Below, piece after piece: positions 1 to 8,795 of a stretch of 24,000 bases of DNA. Location: positions 186,182 to 210,181 of the forward strand of contig NZ_CAKKNS010000001.1 in NCBI RefSeq assembly GCF_918814575.1, written 5' to 3'. The DNA is from Periweissella fabaria. GTDB taxonomy: Bacteria > Bacillota > Bacilli > Lactobacillales > Lactobacillaceae. Below the pieces are notes generated by a model. It saw nothing but the letters and a program-made list of their open reading frames with translations. It did no database searches and was not told the origin of the DNA. Within the stretch, counting starts at the first letter, position 1, and every line of letters starts with the position of its first letter. Both the position numbers and the translations under genes were made by a program.

Positions 1-2
1 TT

Positions 3-362
3 AAAGATAACAATACTGAAGAATACGGATTTTATAACGATGAGAATAATTCCTTTCATGTAGCTAATTTATATTTTTCTGAAGGTGAATGGTATTTGTT
101 AGATTTTTCAACAAAATACTTATTCTCTACAAAGTTTTGTAAAATAATTTCCTTAGTTGATACACCTATTAAAATAAACGTACCTGAATTAAAGGATGTT
201 GATTATAGTGAGATAAACAAAATAGAAAAAATTTTGAAATCAATTTCGAAAATATCGATAGAAACAGAAGACTATTGTTATTCGTTTTGTCCACAAACAA
301 TTATGTGTGAATTAAGTTACCAAAATGATATAGAATTAGGATTATTAGAAGAAAAGGTTTAA
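3..362 (+). CDS. C-terminal part of an uncharacterised protein running off the left edge
   Basis: The frame is open from base 3 (KDNNTEEYGFYNDENNSFHVANLYFSEGEWYLLDFSTKYLFS...), so the listed TTG start at 96 is internal. No family recognised. Confidence 0.5.
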   Translation, partial: KDNNTEEYGFYNDENNSFHVANLYFSEGEWYLLDFSTKYLFSTKFCKIISLVDTPIKINVPELKDVDYSEINKIEKILKSISKISIETEDYCYSFCPQTIMCELSYQNDIELGLLEEKV

Positions 363-387
363 AGTAGCAAACCTTTGAGGCGCACTT

Positions 388-711
388 ATGCAGTGGTTAA
401 TACCATCCAATCCAAAGTTTTATGATAGTTCACGAAAACTCCATGATAATGGCTATATTCAATGGTCATAGAAAATCAATGTTCATGTGGGCGATATTAT
501 TTATATTTACGAGTCTGCAGTTAATAAATTCGTACGCTTTAAATATGTTGTTACACGAGTCGATATTCCGCGTGAACAGGTTGAATTAGATCAGCCAATT
601 ACATTATCGGAATTACAAAAAAGGTGTGTTCAGAGTTCTTGGGGTGACCACAATCATGATAACAAGGAACGGTTCAAGTATTTAGCAGATCGATTTAGTG
701 TATTTCAATAA
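388..711 (+). pseudogene. Small protein resembling a PUA/EVE-like domain, interrupted by an in-frame TAG at 469-471
   Basis: ATG at 388 reads MQWLIPSNPKFYDSSRKLHDNGYIQWS*KINVHVGDIIYIYESAVNKFVRFKYVV...; the frame before and after the TAG is the same and both halves look coding. Confidence 0.6.
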
Positions 712-822
712 GTTGCATAATTACACTCTCTGAAAAGACAGTCACTACAAGAAAGTGCCTTTTCAACATCCACATCATCGGCAAACACCGTATTTTACCG
801 ATTTATCTCCTAAATAATTACC

Positions 823-857
823 AAAAAAGTAGCGCCCACTCGGGACGCTACTTTTTT
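823..857. terminator. Bidirectional-looking Rho-independent terminator
   Basis: Perfect stem aaaaaagtagcg / cgctactttttt around cccactcggga, directly 3' of the minus-strand ORF ending at 863. Confidence 0.85.
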
Positions 858-862
858 AATAG

Positions 863-1087
863 CTATTTGATTTTGGTTTCTAATAAGATCCCTAGGCCAG
901 CGAGGGTTGCGATTATTAAGCCCACGTAGCGCAAGCTCGATAACGTCAACGATAACCCTAGGAATAGGAGCAATAACTCCAACGTTAGTGATAGATTGGT
1001 ATTGGTGAGCAGCAATCTACTAAACGCAGCGATTGCGCCAATAACAGTCAAAACGGCAAGTACAATTACAAGGACGGTATTAATCAT
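863..1087 (-). CDS. Small hydrophobic (two-TM) membrane protein, 74 aa
   Basis: Intact hydrophobic ORF ending close to a strong terminator. Confidence 0.55.
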   Translation of the reverse strand: MINTVLVIVLAVLTVIGAIAAFSRLLLTNTNLSLTLELLLLFLGLSLTLSSLRYVGLIIATLAGLGILLETKIK

Positions 1088-1251
1088 AAGCAGATACTCT
1101 CTTTTTGAAGTATTTATTATACTACCGTAAATATTAGCTTAAAAATACTGCGATTACAAAGATTATGACCCACCGATTAACCAGGTTTAAGCGCGTTACT
1201 TAGCTGATGGAATAGGAAGGGCTAAGACTATCGTACAACCATATCTTTTTC

Positions 1252-2265
1252 CTAACGCAACGCACCAAAATAACCTAATGTCCGGACCATCTGGCTGACA
1301 AACGAATTCTCGTTATCATACCAAGCGACAACTTTGACTAAAGTTTGGTTGTTCGGTAAGGTGGTCGTTTTTGTTTGGGTAGCATCAAATAATGAACCAT
1401 ATGTCATACCGATAATATCAGATGATACAATCAAGTCTTCGTTATAACCGAATGCATCAGATTGGGCCGAATGCATGGCGGCGTTGACTTGGTCAGTATC
1501 GACTACGCCATCGACGACTGCGACTAATTCGGCTAAGGAACCTACTGGGACTGGGACTCGTTGTGAGACACCATCAAGTTTACCGGCTAAAGCGGGAACA
1601 ACTAGCCCAACTGCTTTAGCGGCCCCCGAACTTGTTGGGACAATATTTAAGCCAGCTGCCCGAGCCCGCCGTAAATCACCTTTACGATGCGGGGCATCCA
1701 GCGTATTTTGGTCACCAGTATATGCATGAATGGTCGTCATCGAACCTTTGACAATTGGTACAAGGCAATTGAGTGTATTGGCAACCGGGGCTAGACAATT
1801 GGTCGTACACGAAGCTGCTGAGATAATCGTATCGTGCACAGTGAGGGTACTTTCATTGACACCATACACAATTGTAGGTAGATCATTACCAGCTGGGGCT
1901 GAGATAATTACTTTTTTGGCCCCAGCGTTAATGTGTGCTTGAGCTTTGGTGGTTGACGTATAGAATCCCGTGCATTCGAGCACGATATCAACGGCTAACG
2001 CTTGCCATGGTAAGACCGCAGCATCCGTTTCCGCAAAGACAGGAATCCGCACGCCAGCAATTGAGATACTCTCGTCATCTGCGTGTACTTGGTCACTAGC
2101 GCTAAAGCGGCCTTGTGTTGAATCAAATTTCAGTAAGTGTGCCAACATGGTCGGATTAGTTAAGTCATTGATAGCAACAATCTCGAATTCGGGACGTTGG
2201 TATAATTGGCGGAATGCTAAGCGGCCAATACGGCCAAAGCCATTAATTGCAACTTTGATAGTCAT
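1252..2265 (-). CDS. gap: Glyceraldehyde-3-phosphate dehydrogenase, phosphorylating, type I
   Basis: INGFGRIGR nucleotide-binding motif, [12 protein letters not shown] active site, HAYTGDQ, WYDNE near the C-terminus; 337 aa; RBS ggagg upstream. Confidence 0.97.
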   Translation of the reverse strand: MTIKVAINGFGRIGRLAFRQLYQRPEFEIVAINDLTNPTMLAHLLKFDSTQGRFSASDQVHADDESISIAGVRIPVFAETDAAVLPWQALAVDIVLECTGFYTSTTKAQAHINAGAKKVIISAPAGNDLPTIVYGVNESTLTVHDTIISAASCTTNCLAPVANTLNCLVPIVKGSMTTIHAYTGDQNTLDAPHRKGDLRRARAAGLNIVPTSSGAAKAVGLVVPALAGKLDGVSQRVPVPVGSLAELVAVVDGVVDTDQVNAAMHSAQSDAFGYNEDLIVSSDIIGMTYGSLFDATQTKTTTLPNNQTLVKVVAWYDNENSFVSQMVRTLGYFGALR

Positions 2266-2302
2266 AATAAAACCTCCAAAAGTTAATATAAGTTACGATA
2301 CA

Positions 2303-2331
2303 ATTATATTAATCAAGGGCGTATGATGTAA
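2303..2331 (-). promoter_or_regulatory. Predicted sigma-A promoter of gap
   Basis: On the minus strand TTACAT - 17 bp - TATAAT. Confidence 0.55.
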
Positions 2332-2379
2332 TAAACAGGCGTCATAGCTTAACTATACTATTTGCACAGGAGGGGCAAA

Positions 2380-3234
2380 ATGCCACAAGTTGATCGCTAC
2401 AAACCACGTACCGTTGCAATTGAATTTATGCCATATGAAGATTTCCACGACTTACCGCGTCTAGAGCGTAATGTCATTGTCTTAGTGACAAATGGCCAAA
2501 TCACACTGACGTTAAATGAACAGTTGCTGACGATTGTTGCGCCTGCAATTCTTTGTCTGAATGCGACTGACCGAATTACGGTCCATGACCAGCAAGCATT
2601 GGCAGCCCAAGCATTTGCGTTTCATCCAGATTTCTTAAAAGTTGCACCATTGGTTAGTAGTGGGGCAGACTATGCGTTAACGTTGACGTTGCAAACTGGT
2701 AACCGATTGTGTCAAGCATCAAAGGTCAATGAACGGGTATTTGCATTGACAACGCATAGTTATTATTTGATTTTTAACTGGTTTAGTATTCTGGGGATTG
2801 AGGTTTTAGCGCAAAGTGACAGTTTGTGGGTATGTCGTATTAAGCAACAGTTAATTCAGATTTTTACGATTCTGGAGAATCTGTTTCGTGATAAAAGCAA
2901 TAATCCACTAGATTTGGCCTTGGACTATATCTACTTGCATTACGCTGAACCACTGACGTTAGACCAAATCATCCAAGCAGCCCATGCGAATCGCAACACG
3001 CTCAATGCATTATTTAAGCACAACTATGGTGTGTCAGTGATGGTATTTGTTAGTAATTATCGCATCAAAATCGCCAAAGTGATGTTGGTCCACACGGGGA
3101 TGAGTATCACGGAAATCGCCGCTACTGTTGGGTTTAACTACGATACGTATTTCATGCGGAAGTTCATGCAAGTAGAAGGCCAATCACCGACCGATTACCG
3201 TAAATCAACCCGCATTGTCTCACGTGAGGTGTGA
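2380..3234 (+). CDS. AraC family transcriptional regulator
   Basis: C-terminal HTH: DQIIQAAHANRNTLNALFKHNYG... and MSITEIAATVGFNYDTYFMRKFMQVEGQSPTDYRK. ATG at 2380 preceded by AGGAGG, preferred to the TTG at 2362. Confidence 0.88.
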   Translation: MPQVDRYKPRTVAIEFMPYEDFHDLPRLERNVIVLVTNGQITLTLNEQLLTIVAPAILCLNATDRITVHDQQALAAQAFAFHPDFLKVAPLVSSGADYALTLTLQTGNRLCQASKVNERVFALTTHSYYLIFNWFSILGIEVLAQSDSLWVCRIKQQLIQIFTILENLFRDKSNNPLDLALDYIYLHYAEPLTLDQIIQAAHANRNTLNALFKHNYGVSVMVFVSNYRIKIAKVMLVHTGMSITEIAATVGFNYDTYFMRKFMQVEGQSPTDYRKSTRIVSREV

Positions 3235-3479
3235 ATTGATAACTGTACATTTTCACGGTAAAAAAGAGATATTAGCTGTTAATAGGTTTTGTAGGTGGTG
3301 TATTATTTAATAGTTTAAATTAATGTCTTATGCGCTAGTGCTTTTATCATAAAATTCAACTGTGATTAGCCACCAACTGTTAGGCATGCTTAATGATAAC
3401 TTGTTATAATAAGGCATCACGCAAGACCAAAAGGTGGCAACACCAGCAAAATAACAGACGAACAAACGGGGGTAGTGGC

Positions 3480-4022
3480 ATGAAGACGTATGTGGTTTTT
3501 TTACGAGGAATTAATGCCGGTGGGCTAAAGATTACGATGGCGGAACTAGTTAAGCAGCTGGCGTGTCCCGAATTTACGGCGATTGAGACAGTCTTGGCAA
3601 CTGGGAATGTCATTATTCAAACCACGTTAAGCGCCCATACGACCCAACAGTATGTGGTTACGCAACTCAGCAATTATTTTGGTCAGCCAATTGCCGCCAC
3701 ACTACGAACGGCTAATGAAATAGCGGTGTTATTAGCGGCCTGTCCACCCGTTCCAGCTGAATATAATGCGATGTTGTTATTAACCGAAGTTAAGCTCTAT
3801 GCCGAATTAGCGCCACTATTTACCAGTTATGATCATACCAGCGAAGAAGTGCTCCGTCCTGCCGGTCCCCATGCCATCTATTGGCTGGTGAAGAAAGGCC
3901 ACACGACACAAGGCTTTGGTGGTAAAGTGCTGGGAAGTGCTAAGTACCGGGGCATTTTAACTTCTCGTAATGTGACCACGATTGCCAAAATCGACCAAAA
4001 AATCCGCACAATGAATAAGTGA
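3480..4022 (+). CDS. DUF1697 domain-containing protein
   Basis: MKTYVVFLRGINAGGLKITMAELVKQL...VLATGNVIIQT is characteristic of DUF1697; start moved to the ATG at 3480. Confidence 0.85.
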   Translation: MKTYVVFLRGINAGGLKITMAELVKQLACPEFTAIETVLATGNVIIQTTLSAHTTQQYVVTQLSNYFGQPIAATLRTANEIAVLLAACPPVPAEYNAMLLLTEVKLYAELAPLFTSYDHTSEEVLRPAGPHAIYWLVKKGHTTQGFGGKVLGSAKYRGILTSRNVTTIAKIDQKIRTMNK

Positions 4023-4069
4023 TATTTATGAGTGCTTTGTTAAAGTTCGTGACCATAATGTGTAGTGGC

Positions 4070-5101
4070 TTATATATCACTGACCACAACCTTACCAATC
4101 ATCTGGTTTGATTCGACTAACTGATGTGCGGTCTTGAGATTAGTCACGTTGATTGGTGACAGCGTTTTGGTTAAGGTGCTTTGCAACGCACCGGTATCCA
4201 ATAAAGATGCAATTGCTTCGAGAATGTGATGTTGGCTAAGCATGTCGGGAGTGTGATAAAAAGATTTGGTATACATCCACTCCCAGGCAAAAGTGGCACT
4301 CTTTTGTTTAAGGGCCGTGAGATTTAGTGGCTTATGATTGCCAGTAATCGAAACAATTTTACCATGCGGTTTAATTAGCTCAACAATTGCGTCCCAGTGA
4401 CGATTTAGATTACTTAATTCTAAAATATAATCGACGGTGGGATAGCCTAGTGCATGAACTTGTGTGACTAAGTTTTGGTGGTGATTAACGGTCATGTCAG
4501 CGCCGTGTGCTTGGACCCAAGTAATTGTTTCTGGCCGTGAAGCACTTGCAATCACGGTTAAACCGGCCAAGTGCGCTAGTTGCGTGGCAATCGAGCCAAC
4601 ACCCCCAGCACCATTAATTATCAGAATGGTATGCGCTTGATTGGTTTGATGGTCATGCAAGTCAATGCCTAATTGTTCAAATAGTGCTTCCCACGCAGTT
4701 ATTGCGGTGAGGGGCATTGCGGCTGCTTGCGGTGCCGTAAGTGTAGTTGGTGCATGAGCGACAATCCGTTCATCGACTAGCTGATATTGGCTGTTACTGC
4801 CAGGACGGTCAAAAGCCCCCGCATAGAAGACGATTTCGCCAGGTTTAAAAAGGGTTACGTGCTCGCCGACAGCCGTGACAGTCCCGACGGCATCCCAACC
4901 AATAATTTTGGGTTGCGTAAGCGACTTAGTGCCATGCCCCCGGACACCAACATCAACAGGATTGACAGAAGTGGCAGTGACATGGACGAGAATATCATGG
5001 CCGGTTGCCGTGGGGATGGGCAGTTCAACAGATATTAAGCTAGCAGGATTAGTGATTGGTAAGTGCTGAGTAAACCCGATTGCGTGCATTGTTTTATTCA
5101 T
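4070..5101 (-). CDS. Zinc-binding alcohol dehydrogenase family / NADPH:quinone oxidoreductase-like protein
   Basis: MDR fold motifs: GWDAVGTV, LTAITAWEALFEQLGI, ILIINGAGGVGSIATQLA. Confidence 0.9.
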   Translation of the reverse strand: MNKTMHAIGFTQHLPITNPASLISVELPIPTATGHDILVHVTATSVNPVDVGVRGHGTKSLTQPKIIGWDAVGTVTAVGEHVTLFKPGEIVFYAGAFDRPGSNSQYQLVDERIVAHAPTTLTAPQAAAMPLTAITAWEALFEQLGIDLHDHQTNQAHTILIINGAGGVGSIATQLAHLAGLTVIASASRPETITWVQAHGADMTVNHHQNLVTQVHALGYPTVDYILELSNLNRHWDAIVELIKPHGKIVSITGNHKPLNLTALKQKSATFAWEWMYTKSFYHTPDMLSQHHILEAIASLLDTGALQSTLTKTLSPINVTNLKTAHQLVESNQMIGKVVVSDI

Positions 5102-5171
5102 AATAAATAAAGCCTCCTTATTTAATAACTATCTTAATAATCTTTGCGGACGTTACAATATTGAAATTTTC

Positions 5172-5200
5172 GTGACTAGTTACAAATTGTTCACTAGTGC
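5172..5200. promoter_or_regulatory. Candidate HxlR-type operator (ACTAGT-N12-ACTAGT dyad)
   Basis: gtgACTAGTtacaaattgttcACTAGTgc between divergent dehydrogenase and HxlR genes. Confidence 0.4.
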
Positions 5201-5257
5201 AAAGTTCAAGAATTGCGGTACCATAAGAGAAAAGTCGATATGCATCGGAGGATTAAG

Positions 5258-5617
5258 ATGAAACGTCAAATATATAATTGTCAGCCCGGTTGTCCGATTG
5301 AAAGCACTTTACAAATTATTTCAGGAAAATGGAAAGCCGTTATTTTGTACCATTTAATCAAAGATAAAGTGGGGTATTTTGGTGAGCTACATCGGCAAAT
5401 TCCGGCCTGTTCACGGCGCATGCTAGCATTACAGCTTAAAGAATTAGAAATTGACGGCATCGTTCAGAAAACAATTTATCCAGTGATGCCACCTAAAACA
5501 GATTATCGTTTAACTGAATTTGGTGAAACTTTAATCCCTGTGATTGGTGCAATGGCAAATTGGGGTGAACATTATAATGCAGTTGCCCAGCAAGAGGTGG
5601 TAAAAGCGGCGCAATGA
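5258..5617 (+). CDS. HxlR family winged-helix transcriptional regulator
   Basis: CPIESTLQIISGKWKAVILYHL...GELHRQIPACSRRMLALQLKELEIDGIVQKTIYPVMPPKTDYRLTEFGETL; ATG at 5258 with RBS ggagga. Confidence 0.93.
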   Translation: MKRQIYNCQPGCPIESTLQIISGKWKAVILYHLIKDKVGYFGELHRQIPACSRRMLALQLKELEIDGIVQKTIYPVMPPKTDYRLTEFGETLIPVIGAMANWGEHYNAVAQQEVVKAAQ

Positions 5618-5619
5618 AT

Positions 5620-5666
5620 AAAAATAATCCTCAATGCTAGGATGTTAGCGTTGAGGATTATTTTTT
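5620..5666. terminator. Bidirectional terminator between convergent genes
   Basis: aaaaataatcctcaa...ttgaggattatttttt, long perfect stem. Confidence 0.9.
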
Positions 5667-5682
5667 AGGACCTACATAAACT

Positions 5683-7467
5683 TTAAGCATTGATCGTTGT
5701 AGAAGTTGCCACTTGTGTGCTTGATGGATTTGTAGCTGTTAGTAGTTTGATGAGTTTTTGGTAGTCCATGGCGGTATCGATTGTTGGTAATGATACTTGC
5801 TGTAATGTTTGGTATAAATAACTAAATAGATTAGTTTTAGTAGTTTGAGATGAGCCCACTAAGACAGCTAGAATCAGCGTGACGGTCTGATCTGCAAGTT
5901 GGACAGGATGTGTTAATTTAATCCCGAATATTTGATATTCCTGAACATGTTTAGCCATGATATGGGGGATGGCAACGTGTTGAAGCAACAATTGATTACC
6001 AGCAAGTTCACGATTAATTAATTCATGACAATCATAAGGGCTAAGTTGATTAGCCGTAACAAAATGTTCCAATCCGTCAGCTAAGACCATAAAGTAATCA
6101 TCATTGGGGTCATTATCGATAGTTATAAAGTTATCCTGAGGCATGAAGTCAGGGAGATGTTTATAGTAATGCTTGCCACTAATTAGCTTACTGAGCATCT
6201 GTAGGTCATGTTCCGTAATAATTGTTTGAAAGGTATAGTCAAATATGGTGCGCGTTTCAACACTTAATGTTCGTTGAGCATTGAGAACTTTAAGATCAAA
6301 CGTTTCTTTGACTAGTAAATTTTTAAAATCTGCTAGGCTATACGCAATCTTTAACTCTATTTGGGGGAGTTGTTGTTCCAGAATACTCGTGTTAATTCGT
6401 GTTAATGATGGTCGTTGTGATAAGAATAAAATTTTGATTGGCACATTAGCATGCTGAGCAATAGCTTGTACAATGTATAATGCTAAAAACTGGGCATCCC
6501 ACCATTGCATTGGGAATTGAACCATCAAGTCTGCAATTAGGGTATTTGCAAACTCAAAAGCAATCGGATTTTGACCTTTAATTTCCCGAATTTCCAAAGG
6601 ACTTAAAGTAATTGTTGGTCGTGGAAAAGCAACCTCTCGACATAAATGATCAAAAATTGCCTCATAAGTTGTCGAGGGTAAATCAACTAATTGAAACGCT
6701 ACTGCGAGTTGCATTGTACTGTTGATAATATCTGCTTTTGCTTGCAAAATTAATTGTAAATTCGTTATTCGTTGACCAATAAAGTACGCCAATTGTTGAG
6801 CTTGATGACTTGTTAAGGGCAATTCATGGGGCATTGGATAAGTTGGTCCCGTTTGATAAGGCTGTTTTGTAAGTAAAACTGCTAAAAGTTGTTTTTGCCA
6901 TTGCTCAGGGGTAATCCATTTAGTATAGGGATTAATAATGGTAGTTCCTAGAAGTTCAATTTCAGCTTGGGAACTGACGGGCGGTAATTTCGCCAAGAGA
7001 TGTGGGTATTCATAAATGAAATTAGCCACTAAATCAGTTAATGTTAACCGTTGAGGTTGAAGTTCTAGACCAATCCTAGGTTGGGCAGTAATGACAAATA
7101 ATGTTTGATATTCTTGATTAATCTGCTCAACATATTCTAGAACAGTATTACGTGATAAGAACAGCGTATCCATTATTTCGGCAAGTGGTAATGAACCATG
7201 CATGGCTAATAAAAGAATGATTAAGTTTTGTTCATCACGACCTTGCTCTAGGAGGGCCATTAATTGATTATTATCATCAACGACAAGATTATAGTTTGGA
7301 GTAGTTATAATTTTGCCAATTGCTAAGCTAGTTAATTGTTCATTTAAGCGGGCAATTGTTCGAATAATGGTTCGGCGTGATACATTTAATTCTTTGGCAA
7401 GTGATTCACCAGAATAGTCACTATCTCGCAAAAGATTTAGTAACTTTATTTCGCGGACTGCTAACAT
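5683..7467 (-). CDS. PRD-containing BglG/MtlR-ManR-type PTS transcriptional regulator with degenerate EIIB-like and C-terminal EIIA-like domains
   Basis: N-terminal HTH (LLRDSDYSGESLAKELNVSRRTIIRTIARLNEQL), PRD-like region, EIIA-like histidine motif LLLQHVAIPHIM. Confidence 0.85.
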   Translation of the reverse strand: MLAVREIKLLNLLRDSDYSGESLAKELNVSRRTIIRTIARLNEQLTSLAIGKIITTPNYNLVVDDNNQLMALLEQGRDEQNLIILLLAMHGSLPLAEIMDTLFLSRNTVLEYVEQINQEYQTLFVITAQPRIGLELQPQRLTLTDLVANFIYEYPHLLAKLPPVSSQAEIELLGTTIINPYTKWITPEQWQKQLLAVLLTKQPYQTGPTYPMPHELPLTSHQAQQLAYFIGQRITNLQLILQAKADIINSTMQLAVAFQLVDLPSTTYEAIFDHLCREVAFPRPTITLSPLEIREIKGQNPIAFEFANTLIADLMVQFPMQWWDAQFLALYIVQAIAQHANVPIKILFLSQRPSLTRINTSILEQQLPQIELKIAYSLADFKNLLVKETFDLKVLNAQRTLSVETRTIFDYTFQTIITEHDLQMLSKLISGKHYYKHLPDFMPQDNFITIDNDPNDDYFMVLADGLEHFVTANQLSPYDCHELINRELAGNQLLLQHVAIPHIMAKHVQEYQIFGIKLTHPVQLADQTVTLILAVLVGSSQTTKTNLFSYLYQTLQQVSLPTIDTAMDYQKLIKLLTATNPSSTQVATSTTINA

Positions 7468-7468
7468 A

Positions 7469-8638
7469 CTATGATCCTCCGATAGCTTTTTTTAAACCCT
7501 CAAGTCCCCGCATTAACTTATCGACAGGACATGCGATGTTCATCCGCAGATAGGTACTGTCGCCATATGTTTCACCGGGCATAATACCAATTTTACCAAT
7601 TTCAGTGAGACGTTGCTGTAATTCGGTACTACTAAGATTTAAAGCACTAACATTAAGCCATGCTAGATAGGTTGCTTGTGGCTTGGTAAATTTAATTAAA
7701 GGTAATTCTTTTTTTATAAAATTATCAAGAATACGCATGTTGTTATCTAAGTAGGCAACTAATTGCTCAACATAATCACGACTTTCATTATATGCAGCCA
7801 TTTGTGCCGTCATCCCCATAATACTAACTGATGATAAGGCATTACGTTGTTTTAGTTCAATTAAAAATTCACTTCGGGTTGGTTCATCTGGCAATAATGC
7901 ATATGAACCAATTAATCCAGGTGTATTAAATGTTTTTGAACCAGAACATAGAAGGGCTACGTTTTTAAGGCCAATCATAGTAATAGGGGTGTATTGCATT
8001 CCTGGATAGATGATGTCGCGATGAATATCATCTGAGATGAGATACACATTATGCGCTTGGCAAAGTTCATATAAGCGAGTTAGTTCAGCCGGCGTAAATA
8101 CTTTTCCGGTCGGATTGTGTGGATTAGTTAGGATGAATATTTTTGTTCTTGTTTGTGCTAATATCAGGGCTAAACTATCCCAATCGATGCGATAGTCTTG
8201 GTCAGCAGGACTTAAGCGAATAGGTGCAAGTACGCGATGATTACTTTCAATTGCCCCAAAAAATGCGTCATACATTGGTGTGAAGGTTGCTACTGTATCG
8301 CCAGGTTGAGAATGCATACGGATTAATGTCGCTAACGTATAAATAACACTAGGACTATAAACAATCCAATCAGAATCAATCTTGACACGAGAATCCGCTT
8401 CGAACCACTTAACAATACTATCTTTAAAAGCTGGATGATTCCAACGAGTATATCCATAAATAGGGTGTTGAATTCGTTGTATTAAAGCCGTTTGGACAGC
8501 CTTAGGTACGGCGAAATCAGTATCTGAAATGGAAAAAGGCAAGATATCATCGTGACCGAAGCGATCACTAATGTAATCCCATTGGGTACTGTAAGTGTTG
8601 TGGCGATCAATAAGTTTGTCAAAATCATACTTGGTCAT
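7469..8638 (-). CDS. MalY/PatB family pyridoxal-phosphate enzyme (cystathionine beta-lyase / aminotransferase)
   Basis: KYDFDKLIDRHNTYSTQWDY, ILTNPHNPTGKVFT, SDDIHRDI, CSGSKTFNTPGLIGSYA; ATG at 8638 (minus strand) with RBS ggagg. Confidence 0.92.
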   Translation of the reverse strand: MTKYDFDKLIDRHNTYSTQWDYISDRFGHDDILPFSISDTDFAVPKAVQTALIQRIQHPIYGYTRWNHPAFKDSIVKWFEADSRVKIDSDWIVYSPSVIYTLATLIRMHSQPGDTVATFTPMYDAFFGAIESNHRVLAPIRLSPADQDYRIDWDSLALILAQTRTKIFILTNPHNPTGKVFTPAELTRLYELCQAHNVYLISDDIHRDIIYPGMQYTPITMIGLKNVALLCSGSKTFNTPGLIGSYALLPDEPTRSEFLIELKQRNALSSVSIMGMTAQMAAYNESRDYVEQLVAYLDNNMRILDNFIKKELPLIKFTKPQATYLAWLNVSALNLSSTELQQRLTEIGKIGIMPGETYGDSTYLRMNIACPVDKLMRGLEGLKKAIGGS

Positions 8639-8687
8639 AGTTATTCCTCCAATTAAATACAGACACATGTGTCCAGGTAATGGCTAG

Positions 8688-8726
8688 AAAGCCGGCTAGG
8701 AAATGGACACTTTCCTAACCGGCTTT
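8688..8726 (-). terminator. Intercistronic hairpin between PTS EIIBC and malY/patB-like gene
   Basis: aaagccgg-c-taggaaa ... tttccta-a-ccggcttt, one mismatch. Weak U-tract, so it could be a partial terminator or processing/stability element. Confidence 0.6.
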
Positions 8727-8795
8727 CGTTTGGTAGCAGTTAATCTGCTAAGATATAAAACGTGTATGGCCCGCTATTAAAGTTATAATGGGACA

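Noticed and set aside
1475-2326. ORFs 1475-1729, 1730-1942 and 1970-2326 on the plus strand
   Set aside because: Antisense to a fully supported GAPDH gene; translations have no recognisable features.
3404-3613. Minus-strand 69-aa ORF
   Set aside because: Antisense to the DUF1697 gene and its leader.
4787-5069. Plus-strand ORFs 4787-5038 and 4875-5069
   Set aside because: Antisense shadows of the dehydrogenase gene.
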